From contig NC_042999.1 of the NCBI RefSeq assembly GCF_006345805.1, positions 75,082,001 to 75,146,000 of the forward strand: a stretch of 64,000 nucleotides of DNA. Direction: 5' to 3'. The DNA comes from Octopus sinensis (taxonomy: Eukaryota). Below the pieces are notes generated by a model. The model was given only the letters and a program-made list of their open reading frames with translations. It did no database searches and had not been told where the DNA came from. The position numbers were made by a program, and so were the translations under genes. Within the stretch, counting starts at the first letter, position 1. Every line of letters begins with the position of its first letter. Of the stretch, positions 13,241 to 25,650 are shown piece by piece.

Positions 13241-13345
13241 ATATGGAAGTTTTGAAAATCCAGTTTTGGAGGACGGTGTTTTATTCACACCCAACAACAG
13301 TAGCAATATGGCACTGATTCCAGGCTTCAATGCAAGTTCCTTGCA
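13241..13345 (+). CDS. Protease exon 4 (middle of SRCR-like domain)
   Basis: ctcttttcag acceptor, CA|gtaaat donor, phase 2-2, open frame YGSFENPVLEDGVLFTPNNSSNMALIPGFNASSL. Phases fit the flanking exons. Confidence 0.72.
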
Positions 13346-14634
13346 GTAAATATTTATTTATTTATGTTATTAGACATTTATGTCATGTTACACTACATTA
13401 TGTGAAATGCTGTGTTGCTTCCTATTACAGTAACCAAGTGGAATAGCAACAACTATAACAGGAGTCCTAATTTGTCACATTGACCACCTGGAAGCTTATA
13501 TTTTGGAGATGGATTAAATTTGACTCCATTGACTCCTGTGATTGCTTTAGTTGATCTCACATGAGTCATCCAATGGGATTTTAATGCAGACTGAAAAAGG
13601 ACATTAGTAATTATCCTAAATTATTTTGCCATTGTCCAATCAATTTTTCCAAATCATTGATCTCTTTGCCACACCAAATTATCTGGAAGGAAGTGAAAGA
13701 ATTGGTTTATGCAGAGATGACATGATAGATGCTTTTATCAGATGAGTTGTATAGATGGATTCAAACTCTTTGCCGCTGGTTAAGGAAAGCACTCATTAAT
13801 TATGTATTGCCTATGCTGTCTGCAACACTGAATGGTACCTACACATAATGTATGTAATATAAAAATACCTCCTCCAAAACGAATGTCTTCTGAGAGTGGG
13901 TACGTATTTCTCAGTTTCGTGATGTAAAACAGATGAAAAATCCACCCTAGAGAGGTCTGTGTATCACACAGCTTTTCCAATTATCTATTCCTAATTTGTT
14001 CTATTCCCACTTCAGCAGATTTGAACTTAAAATCTATGAAAAGATAGCCCATTTTCTTATTTGTCTGCACAATACCTATTTGAAATTAGATGAACTGAAC
14101 CAAATGATGTTTTCATTCATGTTTGAGTGTGTTTTAAAGTGATTGTCACAGAATTGAAAGTAGCATCTAGTTATTAACACTGCTACTACAGGCAAAGTCC
14201 AAATCACTGCCTACAGGCTAATCAGTTTTATAACACACCTACTGATTACAATGGTTAACAATTCTTCTAGGTCTTCTTTACTTATAATTAGATGGATAAT
14301 ATTACTTGTAAATGTCTTGTCCTGGTCACAGGGTGGTACTAGTGACAAAAAGCAACTGCTGACGCCTCAGTTGCTTCCCTAATAGCTTGCAAATTCAATC
14401 CAATATGATTTCCATTGTGAGTTAATGGTGTTAAGCATAAATACTGCCCAAGCATGTTGACTAAATATCAACCATCAGCCATCCTCCTAATAGATCAATA
14501 TCTCATCAACTTAGCAACCAACTATTCTTTCATAATGTAATTTAGTAACAGTATAAATATGTTATTTTATAGTATAGTAAAGTAATTTCTATAATAATAA
14601 ATACAATAATAAAACTTTTGCTCTCTTGTGATAG

Positions 14635-14672
14635 GCAATGTAATGTCACAGTACTGAACTGTAGTGAACAAG
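14635..14672 (+). CDS. Protease exon 5 (38-nt exon ending the SRCR domain)
   Basis: ctctcttgtgatag acceptor, G|gtaagt donor, phase 2-1. QCNVTVLNCSEQ supplies the last two SRCR Cys and joins to GCG. Confidence 0.78.
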
Positions 14673-16529
14673 GTAAGTAAAATATACTTCATTTTTGTAC
14701 TTGGTTTGCAAGATTCTTGATGTGAACTTGTGTGTTGAAACAAAGCTTATTGTATCTCAAAAGGGTCATTGTGCTTCAGTTTCACTCCTTTATTGTTAGT
14801 CAACTGGTTAGTTATCTAACCAACAAACTAATTGATATTTAATATATTGGTTAAGCAATCAATCAGACATTTGTAAAAGTCCTTTCACCACCTTTGTGAC
14901 CTCATCAATGACATGCTCCCCCATCTCTCCTCCAGGTCTGCTTCCAATCTGTCTGAGAATTAGTCCTGTTTATGTACATGTAAGGGTGCAGAAGTGTGCA
15001 GATGTAGAAGTGCAGTCATTTACAAGAGAAGTGAAGAGAGAGAGAGAGAGAGAGAGAGAGTGTAAGGGATGATTATGCATGTGTGAGCAAGCATGTACAT
15101 ATGTGATGTATGCTCACATGCCTGTCTGCATGTGTGTGTGTGTGTGTTGGTCATCAGTGCCCATTTTAGGGACCTGATTTCTCAATTCCAAGTCAGCTTT
15201 GCTTTAAGACTCGAAACGGACCTAGAGGAGAGAGAGAGAGGGCATATCATTGATGAGGACTTTGACAAACAACTGATCTACTGTTTAACCAACAGATTAA
15301 ACATTAACTGGTTAGTTGGTTAAATAACTAACCAACTGACTATCATTAAAGGAGTGAAATTGAACCAATGCTTGTGCTTATTATTATTAGTCTATGACCC
15401 TGACAAGATACAAGAAGAAAAATATAATAATGATTTTCTACTTAAATATAAGTAGTCACATTTCTTGTAAAAGAGAAATAAAATGGCATAATATTCATCA
15501 TTGATTTCTCAAAAGAAATTATTCTGCTTATCATTTGACAAGTATGAACGGAAAATAAAACTTACACAGACATATTTCTGATATCCAAATACTTGAACTT
15601 TTGAAAGTTTTGTTTAGGTGGGAAATTCGCTAATAGAAATGTTCTAGATCAGGGATTGGGGAACATTTTTAACCAGTTATCTCAAAATATATTTATATAC
15701 ACCAGCATTACCCCCTTGATTTGAAAGGAAGAAAATCAGAGATTCTTTGAATTCAAAAGGTTTACTGAATCTATTTATATGGAGAATACAATTATAGATA
15801 TAAAAAGTATAAAACAAATGTGATAAAATAAATTAGTATCCTCATTACAAAACAAAAGGATTTTTCTAGAAACTTTTTCACTTCAGGTTTTGGAGAAATG
15901 ATGTTTCATTTTTGTTACAATTACAACAAAATTGGGGCATTTTGATGTCAGAGCAATTTGCATACAGTCTTTGGGGTCCAATCGATTTCTCTGCTTTGTT
16001 TTTATGTTTATTAGTGTGGAATCTTGTTTGCAAAGGTAGGTTATTGCAAAAAGCAGCAACTTTTTGAATGCCTCCTCATGCCAGAAGAAAACTTTCTGTT
16101 ATAACCCCTCTTGGGGTAATTCACCCTGGTTTGCCGACCCCTGTTCTAGATGAAGTTGTTGAAAAAAAAGTCAGATAAGATATTTTTGTAGAGTAAATGA
16201 AGTTTAGTTGGAGTATACTTATAGAGGAGGATTTCATTTGATGATAGTAATATTGCAAATGAAGAATGATGGTCAGTGTAGTAGCACTGGAAAAAGTTGA
16301 GCAAGATTACAGCTTGTTGCTAGCTCATTGATAAGTAGCAGCTTATCACTAAGTGAACTAATCTAGACAGTTTAATCTCATACAGAATGATTGCACTTCA
16401 TTAATGAAATTATTGTTTGGTATGTAGATGCCATTATTTTGCTTTATTTGAGACTGTTTTTTTCTTTTGTACTTTTAGTTGTTTACTAAGAAAAATACAA
16501 ATCTAAAACTTTCTTCACATCTTCTTCAG

Positions 16530-16698
16530 GTTGTGGAGCTCGAAAGATAGAATTGTTTGAATCCAACATAAAGTATGGGCATAATGCTTTGGAAGGTAAA
16601 TGGCCATGGGCTGTGCAAGTTTATAGGGGTCGCACTTTTGTTTGCACTGGTATATTGATCAGTAATGAAATTGTACTTAGTGCAGCTCATTGTTTCCG
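16530..16698 (+). CDS. Protease exon 6 (linker Cys, activation site, His57)
   Basis: cttcttcag acceptor, CG|gtaggt donor. CGARKIELFESN-IKYGHNALEGKWPWAVQVYRGRTFVCTGILISNEIVLSAAHCFR. Confidence 0.95.
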
Positions 16699-17879
16699 GT
16701 AGGTATTTCAGTATATTGATAATAACATTATCTTGTATTTACATGCATTCTTTATACATGTTCAGACAAGATCTTTCTTGGTATTTGTTCTAGTGTTGTA
16801 TGTTCCAAATCCAAATCCTGCTGAGGTCAACAAAACTTTTATTGTTCTGGGGTTTATAAAACAAAATACCAGTGAAACTACCTATTCAATTATTACTGCC
16901 TCCCAAATATTATGGGAGAAATTATTTGGCTAATAATACAGTTAATCTTATTTTCTTGAGTTATAACGCACAGCAAGTGTCATTATAATCTGATTGAAAA
17001 ACTAAATAGACCTGTGGCAAGTGATGGGAAGGTTGCTTTACGTTTATAAAGATAATTTATTATTATATTTAATAGGTGTTCATGCAATACATGAAAGGGA
17101 ATATTCAGATGAAACAATGTATATGTCAAGGGCAGAAAGTCTTCATTAGGAATTCTACATTCAGGATAGTTTTCACACATCAGTATATATTCTTTTTGCT
17201 GTTGTGTGTCTTCTTCAACTGTTCTAGGTTGAATATGTAGCTGTGAAAACAACTACATGTGGGGAGTGAATGTCAATAGGAACCAAATCACCCTGGAGTT
17301 TTGGTGTTGAGTTGTATTTATTGGCTGTGTTCATAGAAGATCCTAGTCATGCCACAGAACTATTACATGAAAAACAGCTGCTGATTGGACAACAGTTGTG
17401 TTTACACACATAATCAAATGGTGATTTCTATGTGGCAAAATGTGGGATTGAATCCAATTGTCACGTCAGCCCCCTTCCAATTGAGTTTTGGGGAAACAAA
17501 GAGACTGTAACGGAAAAGAAAATATGCATGAACAATGAGAAAAAAGATAAATACAAAATGTACATTTAACAAATGAAAAAGAATTGTCCATGGATAAAAG
17601 TTCATAGCAGAGCCCATGCTGGATGTAAAATTCAACAGCTCATGTTATTGAAAATGCTTATCTTTTTTCTTTTTACTTTTATCTTTTAAAGTTAACTAAA
17701 AATAAGTGTGTGTATATTTTGCTGGCCAATGAACTCTTCTGCCATTTTGTGTAATTTAGTCAAAATTAGGTGTAGATAAGTGTATTGAGAGAGGATGGTA
17801 TGTCACATGTGTGTAAGTGGTGTGGTAGAAAGGGGAGTAGAGTGTTGTCGACAGGGTGATGAATCGATAAAAGCCTACT

Positions 17880-20080
17880 TCAATCAATCGGTGTTAACTG
17901 TCTGATGTTTCCTTTGAATGTCCAACATCATAAATTTAGGTTTCAGATTTAGTACATGAAAGACACCAGTATATGATATCTGCAATGAATGTCTAATTGT
18001 GTCATTACATATGAATACATACGTCCATGTATGAATAACTGGTGGAACAAAAATCTTGATCGATTGTGGTCTCATTGCCAATGGAGATAACTCCATCTTG
18101 TATCTATGCAATTGATGAACATAATCTGCTGGATCAAAATGTTAATAGACTGAAGCTATAGTTAAAACCGTTTGACCAGGTAGAGTAAGAACGAAACCAT
18201 AAAGTAGTTTTGCCACTGAATATCCTAAGCCATTCTTAACAGCAGACCAAAGTCATTATAAAACAACAGGTAAAATCTCCAACCAACAATTTGAATCAGA
18301 ATAAGTATGAAGTGTCACTTTCAGTTGAAGGTGAAAACCTCCAATCAGTCCATTAGACATGGGATGACAAGCTATATAGTACAGATGCACCAGGTGCCAA
18401 GGGAGGTTAGAAAGATAGGCAAATAGACTGAATTCAAACTGACAACCTCTGTCAGTTGTTATGGTCAAAGGAGCTCCAAAACCTGAAATCTACTTGGCCA
18501 TGAAGGCCTTTGCAATGGGGAGAGATGAGATGTCTTTAATTGATATAGCTTCAGGCCATCTGGAAAAACGGTCTACGCAGGTCAACAGATACATATCATC
18601 TTGAACTGGTGGTAACAGACCCACAGTGTCTATGCGGATGCATTTGAAATGAACATTAAGAATAGTAAAAATGGCTTCAAAATACCAGAATGAGAAAAAT
18701 TATGAAGAGTAGAGAAAACAGTTCGTTTATGATTCTTTGGAGTGTAAGGTCAAGAAACTTGGAAGAAGGAAAGACATTTATTGGCATTAATTATTAGACC
18801 ATGCTGTGATAATCGAGCAAAATGCTGTTGCAAATGAAGAAAATGTTGCTTTTCTGCAGGGGTAGCAATTAATGAGTTATCAATGTAGGCAAAAACAAAA
18901 TGTCGACCACGGAGTACTTCATTAATAAACCTTTGAAAAGTATTAGCATCATTACAAAGGCTGAAAAGCATTGTAATAAATTCAAATAGTTATTATTGAT
19001 ACATATTTGATTGATCTTTGGAAAGACAGTACAACCATGTGAAGAACTTACTTTCAAAACCAGATATATGCATTGGTATGACTTTTGAGTAAGTGTTTAA
19101 AACACCAACTGTCTATATGGCATCTATCCCAGACTGACTGAAAAAATTTCATGTGTGTGAAGCCAACAGCTTGCAGATTGTGTTTCAATAGTTATCATGA
19201 AATCAACCAAATATGCACTTATATTGGTTTTGAAAGTATGCTCCTCATGTAAGGATGCTGAAGAATCATAAATATGTGGGCTAGGATATCTCTTTGGTGC
19301 TGTCAAAGCATTTAAATGCCTGTAGTCATAGCAAGGGCATCACTCTCCCTCAGACATTTTCGGGACATGATGAAGTGGAGAGGACCAGTTACTGCTAGAA
19401 TATCGAATTATACCAAAGTCCAATTTATGATTGAATTCTTCCTTGTAGTTTTAAGCTTGTCTATGGTAAGACTTCTGGGACAAGATGAAACAGGAGGAGC
19501 TTTCGTAATGGGATTGTGAGTAATCAAGTGTGCTGGAGTCTTGTTATGGAACACAGTATGAGAAACACATGGAAAATGCTGAAGAATCCCATGAAAACGA
19601 CTGGATACAGATGGAACAAAATAACATGAACTAATGGCAAAAGGCCTTGAGGACATACCTTGTGCTAACTCGGTTCTGGTATTGATTAACTGCTTGTGCT
19701 TTAAATTGACTAGAAGGCCATAAAGTTGTAAGAAGTTAGCCCCAAGGATAGGCTGTGGTAGATCTGAAATGATGAATATTCATTTAAACTGTTGCCTTAG
19801 ATTTAGGTTCAAAGTAAAAGACTTTTCTCCATATTTAGGAATAGGCAAATGACTTACTGCTTGCAGGGTAATGTGAAGGGTGGAGAGAAAATGAAATATG
19901 AATGATATAATAGATATTGTAAAATAAATGGGTTGATAGACAGGATGGGCATCAAAGGTATCAAGTAAAGGATGTAGATGTCATTGCATTGGTATTATCA
20001 TATAACCTGGGAGGAGGAATAAGTTCTGTGTGAAAAACTGTTCTGTGATGTTTGTGGATAATACCTGTAGAACAGGCATA
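17880..20080 (-). mobile_element. Ty3/Gypsy LTR-retrotransposon pol remnant
   Basis: Decayed protease region, RT (RYPSPHI; NTFQRFINEVLRG..FVFAYIDN), integrase (ITTDRGCQF...HPMSNG...LQLK...WLEILPVVL). RNase H largely deleted; LTRs not resolved. Confidence 0.85.
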
Positions 20081-20545
20081 TCAAACACTTGTCCTGTGGG
20101 GTGCATATGACCCTTTTCATACACAAGTGAGACTTGTGAGAGGCATAGCTAGAGGTTTAAAAATAGGGGACCCCAAAATTTTTGATAATAAGAATAATTG
20201 ATAATTTAATGAATAAAAATAGGATTACTGATGTACAAATATAGAATTAATATGATGGAAATTTTTGTTGTAAACATGTTTAAAAATACGTGGCCCACTG
20301 GAAACATGTATGTGAACAATGCAACCCATTTAAGCTCTGCAGTTTGACATGTCAGCTGTAGAAGGTGAAGCCTGATGACGATATAAGATGTAAGGGAGTT
20401 AAACCGTAGGATGCTAAATTCAAACAATTAATGATATAATGTATGGTTGTCATATCTGCCCCACTCACCATGTAAATATTATGACAATGATGGCAATTGT
20501 AATGTCTTTGGAATGATGTTTATGATATATGTGTGTGTGCACGTG

Positions 20546-20584
<39 letters not shown>

Positions 20585-20671
20585 CTATAACTACTATAGT
20601 GATGATAATGAGGATGACAACAATAAAGACAATGACCATCATCATCATATACAATGTTTTCTTTCTTATAG

Positions 20672-20922
20672 TTCAACTTATTATTACACTTACTATATAA
20701 GAGTTGGAACAACAAAGAAGTTCCAAGGAACAAGGTATAAAGTGGACCGAATATTGAAGCATCCCAATTATATAAATTACAGAAAAGGTTCTGATATTGC
20801 AATACTTTACATGAGATCTGGAATTAAGATGTCATCTTATGTGCAGCCAGTTTGTCTTCCAGAAGGCCCAATTCCCAGAGACAGAGATTGCCATATTACT
20901 GGATGGGGTAAAAATGAAAACC
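20672..20922 (+). CDS. Protease exon 7 (Asp102)
   Basis: ctttcttatag acceptor, C|gtaagt donor. ...HPNY...GSDIAIL...VQPVCLP...CHITGWG. Confidence 0.96.
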
Positions 20923-20958
20923 GTAAGTGAAAAATATTTTTTATTTAAGATATTCAGA

Positions 20959-20999
<41 letters not shown>

Positions 21000-21014
21000 T
21001 ACACACACATAATA

Positions 21015-21064
<50 letters not shown>

Positions 21065-21419
21065 AAAAAAAATTAGAACCTCACACCACCACCGCCGCCA
21101 CGTAATTCAAAGTTGTTCATTTTGATATGTCTCAAGAGACATGATGGACTTTTAAATGGAGATTGAGAAAAATTGTTTCAATTAGAAAAGCAACATTTCT
21201 AGAAAATAGTAAATTGAAGTGTGAACACAGCACCTTACAGAGTATAAGTATATGACATTTATTTTTAAAATTTAACTTCATTTGTTTTATATTCTAAATA
21301 ATTTGCAATTTCAAAAAATATATTAATTTTGCGTTTTTTAATTTGATAAATTCTACGGAATAATTTTGCGCGTTTTTTGATAAATTCTACGGAAAGAATT
21401 TAGTGCGAAAAATTTATAC

Positions 21420-21850
21420 ATTTATACACAAAGACCTGTTGAGGCAAGCGAAGTTGATATCGAACCTCATCCCACGACAGGCACCCATGCCAACCCCCTT
21501 TGCTTGCGAAGACATGTTGGGGCAAGTGTGACACCCGGCAAATGCCAGGACCCCTGGACTGGTGGTACGTAAAAAGCACTATCCGAATCGTGGCCGATGC
21601 CAGAGCCGCCTCGACTGGCACCAATCCGACCGTGGCCGTTGCCAGCCTCGCCTGGCACCTGTGCGGGTGGCATGTAAAAAGCACCCACTACACTCTCGGA
21701 GTGGTTGGCGTTAGGAAGGGCATCCAGCTGTAGAAACATTGCCAGATAAGACTGGAGTCTGGTGCAGCCTTCTGGCTTCCCAGATCCCCGGTCGAACCGT
21801 CCAACCCATGCTGGCATGGAGAACGGACGTTAAACGATGATGATGATGAG
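21420..21850 (+). mobile_element. High-copy retroposon with (GAT)n tail and internal ~65-bp subrepeats
   Basis: GGTTGGCGTTAGGAAGGGCATCCAGCTGTAGAAAC...GACGTTAAACGATGATG. Other copies at about 6739-7170 (-), 12484-12662 (+), 24121-24350 (-), 30850-31556 (+) and 51790-52520 (-). Confidence 0.75.
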
Positions 21851-22209
21851 AAGAAATTAATTCATTAAGTTTACCAAATTATATACGTCTGTAAAAAAAA
21901 AAAAGTTTCACAAATTATATACGTTCGCGTTTGTGTAAAAAAAATTATTAACCAAGTTTTATAAATTATTTACTTTGTTCAAAAAATATTATTAATATTA
22001 TTTAATTTTCAAGAATTATTTAATTTATATAATTAATTCATTAATTTTATTCTGTAAAATAGTAATTAATTCATTTATCTGTAAATCCGCGAGGAAAGCG
22101 ACTATGTAATTTTTTTGTGTAAAATTGAAAATGTTATATATACACACACACACACACACATATATATTTTTAGTGAAATCCAACACCTTTTTTTAGGGGG
22201 GGGGGTTAA

Positions 22210-22243
22210 CGCGCATGCGCGAATTCTGCACTGCGCATGCGCA
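22210..22243. promoter_or_regulatory. Two NRF1/EWG-type palindromes in the element's leader
   Basis: CGCGCATGCGCG (22210-22221) and TGCGCATGCGCA (22232-22243) match the YGCGCAYGCGCR consensus, within a CpG-rich patch. Confidence 0.55.
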
Positions 22244-22310
22244 AGTCACCTCGTAGGATCTCGAGTATCGAGTACCAACGTCTGGCGCGCGCGCGCGCGC
22301 AAATTCGCGT

Positions 22311-23465
22311 GTGCGAAACCGGGAGCACGACAATAGACAAGTACCGAGAAAGGAATGGTACAATAAGAGGACCATTATTTACAGGGTGTTCGCGAACGAA
22401 AGAAAGAAAATAGAGGTTGTAAACATGGAGTGGATAGAGGAGGCCCTGAGAAGATCGGAGGAGGAAATCATTTTTCTGACTCGAGGATCGAAGTACGGTA
22501 CTGTAGTGGTACATTTTAAAAGTGAGACTGCAGCGAGGAAGATGGCGGCGAAGGCGGTGAAGTCAGAAAAGGTAACACTTTTACCTATGTATTTGAATAG
22601 AAGGATTACACGAGTGAGGGTGGAGGGAGTGCCACCAAACGTTGAGGCAGAGTGGATTGTGGCGGCTGTGATCAGCGGCCACGAGGAGAAAGTGGATATT
22701 CTCCATGCCTCGGTCAAGACCGAGGGCTGGAGAGGCGTAACAGTGGAGCTGAACGTGCAGGCAGAAAACGAGGTTCTGGTGGACCTGGCGGAAAGCATTA
22801 AATTGGGAGACGTGATTATGAGAGTGTGGGTGGAGGGCAGAGCTCCACGTTGTTACAAGTGTGGCCTGAGGGGCCACATAAGAGCCTTCTGCCCTCCCCC
22901 ACCAAGAGAAAAGGAAATCGTTGAGGAAGCTCCAAAAGAGGAGGCCCCAAAAGAGGAAGAAATTAAAGAGAAGCAGACGGAAAGGGAAACGACAGAGGAG
23001 GAGGAGATGCAAAAAGAGTGTGAGGAGGGCAGAAAGAAGAGAAAAGGAAAGAAAAGGAAAAACTGTGCGAAGCCCCAACCCACCCCAACACCACCCACAC
23101 CCTTGGAGACCCATCCTGCCCCTGCAAACAGCAATCCCACCCACTCCCCGCCTACAAGAAAAACGAAAACAGACACACAGAACATACAAAGGCCCCAGTC
23201 CTACTTTTTATGTGTTGTGAGGAAGGGGGATACCGAGAACGCAAGAAGGCTTTTTGAGGACGATGTATGGCAAGAGTATGAAGACGGTAGCTACGCGGTG
23301 TTCGATTTTGAACTTATGGGCTCTTTGAGGAGCAAGTGTGATGAACTACGTATAAATTGTTTTTCAGCGTATATGAAGGATGATATGATAGAGAGGTATG
23401 AAAGAGAAATGAAGGGTGAGGTAAAAGACTTTGGAATTGTGATAGGAAACGGAAAAGGTAAGTGA
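22311..23465 (+). CDS. LINE ORF1-like protein with CCHC zinc knuckle (384 codons from GTG; first ATG at 22425)
   Basis: RVRVEGVPP...VWVEGRAPRCYKCGLRGHIRAFCP, followed by Glu/Lys-rich and Pro-rich segments. GC-rich and uninterrupted. Confidence 0.8.
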   Translation: MRNREHDNRQVPRKEWYNKRTIIYRVFANERKKIEVVNMEWIEEALRRSEEEIIFLTRGSKYGTVVVHFKSETAARKMAAKAVKSEKVTLLPMYLNRRITRVRVEGVPPNVEAEWIVAAVISGHEEKVDILHASVKTEGWRGVTVELNVQAENEVLVDLAESIKLGDVIMRVWVEGRAPRCYKCGLRGHIRAFCPPPPREKEIVEEAPKEEAPKEEEIKEKQTERETTEEEEMQKECEEGRKKRKGKKRKNCAKPQPTPTPPTPLETHPAPANSNPTHSPPTRKTKTDTQNIQRPQSYFLCVVRKGDTENARRLFEDDVWQEYEDGSYAVFDFELMGSLRSKCDELRINCFSAYMKDDMIERYEREMKGEVKDFGIVIGNGKGK

Positions 23466-23892
23466 TGCTGGCGGAGGGGGCCGTTAACATCGCTTTCATA
23501 TTATCATTTTTTTCATTTTAACATTCATTTACTCATAATTTTAATCACATTGTTTTATATCCCCCATGTCTTGTAATGTTCCCTCTTCGTAGCCCCTAGT
23601 GGGTAATAAAGAAATAGGGCAGTTGTCTGTTCGTCTTCGCTACGTAAGGTTGGTAGTTTATTTATGATGTGTTCAGAATCAGTTCTGCTGAGGATCATAA
23701 GACGTAAGTTGAATGTGAAATCACGGTGATACAGAACTAAATTCATTTTTTAAATGTCTTGCTTTGAAAAACTGCATTTAGGTATGATTAGTATAATTTT
23801 GGTAGTAATGACTTTGTCCCTCTTAGTGTGAGGCATTTATGTGTAATAATGCCCTCTATACAATATATATATATATATATTATATACAAACG

Positions 23893-23926
<34 letters not shown>

Positions 23927-24339
23927 CACACATATATATCATCATCATTGTTTAATGTTCACCTTCTATGCTAGCATGCATGGGACATATATTAGATATA
24001 TATATATATATACACATTTAATATTATGTGTATGTATGTATATATATGTGTGTGTTTGTGTGTGTGTATATATATATATACATGCACATACTCACATACA
24101 CACGATATTTTATATATATATATCATCATCATCATCATTTAACGTCCATTTTCCATGGTAGCATGGGTTGGACGGTTCGACTGAGGTCTGGTAAGCCATG
24201 AGGCTGCACCAGGCTCTAGTCTGATTTGGTAGTGTTTCTACAGCTGGATGCCCTTCCTAACGCCAACCACTCTGTGAATGTAGTGGGTGTTTTTATGTGC
24301 CACCAGCACAGGAGCCAGAGCAGGCTGGCAAACGGCCAC

Positions 24340-25650
24340 GAGTCATCTGAGAAGGTTTGGGTTGATGGCATAACTACTGGAGGCTATAGAAGGAAGTACG
24401 ATGCTGGAGCTCAAGTTCAAAAGTGATAAAGCAGGCAAGCTTGTGTTTTGGAGTGGAAATGAGATTCCAGGCCTGAGTGAGGACATGAATAGGTGAGAAC
24501 TGTTCTCAGTGTGTGGGAATCTGGATGGATAGCATCCTGTTGCATGATGGCTCCATATGGCATTCAGTTACATTAAGAAGGAGTGAACTGGGGTGATAAA
24601 GTGAGAGAGAAGACAGTTGCTATTGATGCAAAATATCTTGGAAAAAGTGAGAGTGAAATATCTGAAGAGCAGCTGGTATGTGTCCAAGATATAAAAGGGA
24701 TTGTATGGTGTGATATGGGGAGCATAGTGATTGGAATTATTCTGGAAATAGGAAGTACTGAGGTGGATGATGCAACATATGTTAGGAAGAAGGATGACAA
24801 CAACCACATCAAGATAGATGAACCTAGATGTTGTGTTGAAGGGTGTGAACTTAGTGCTGAGATGGGTACTATGTGCTTTTGAGATTTGAACTGATTCAGC
24901 CATAGTATGGGGGTGGATGGCATTAGTAATTACCTATCAGAAGAGGATCTGAACAAAAGTGGCTGTGGAAATGATAATCAATTGCCACCTGGGAATCCTG
25001 AGAGCTGCTGAGTTGGGCATCAGGCTGCAGTTTTATTTTGGACCTTCAGAACAAAAATAAAGCAGATGCTCTTGCCAGAATATAAAAAAAAGCCCTTGTT
25101 GGAAGTTATGGTGGATTCACTGAGTAAAGTGGTTGTGGCATGTCAGCTGGAGAACCCAGAGCTGTAGAGGCTACACAACATTCACCTCATAGGAGTTGAC
25201 AGGACTCTGTTTTTGGAAAGGAAGGTTGACCCTGATGTCAACAGGGAGAGTGTATGGAAGGTAGTTAGGAGTTGTGATAGGTCTCACACTGAATGTGTAT
25301 GAAATAGGAAAAATTCAAATGGATGAAGACTGGAAGAGGCTAGTGATTGATGTGATGTACTGTTGGGGAAGGTCAAACATTCAGTGGGCTAGGCTAGATG
25401 GTAATATGGAGGGAAATCAGGATGGAGACTGTAGTTGAAATTACAGAGGCACTGAATATGGTATTCCTGGAAAGGGAACTAGTGGACAAGCTATTAATTG
25501 ACAACACCACTGTGTTTCATTCGGGTTAGTTGAAGGAAATGCTCTAAAGATGGAATACCAATTGTCTTCAGAGCAGCATACAGGCTCAGTGGAAATGGAA
25601 TTGTAGAATGATACTATTGCACAACCAAAGACATGGTTGAGAAGGAGCAA
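24340..25650 (-). mobile_element. Old LINE (CR1/Jockey-group-like) RT 3' remnant
   Basis: Weak remnant motifs only, after many disruptions. Boundaries approximate. Confidence 0.4.

Larger units (their letters stand above)
22195..23617 (+). mobile_element. ORF1-only non-LTR element (L1/Tx1-like, HAL1-type candidate)
   Basis: CpG-rich leader, a stop-free gag-like ORF, then about 150 bp of T-rich 3' sequence ending in AGCCCCTAGTGGGTAATAAAGAAATAGG. No ORF2. TSD not found. Confidence 0.65.

Noticed and set aside
22379-23189. Antisense ORFs opposite the ORF1-like gene
   Set aside because: Expected shadow frames of a GC-rich purine-biased ORF, with no motifs.
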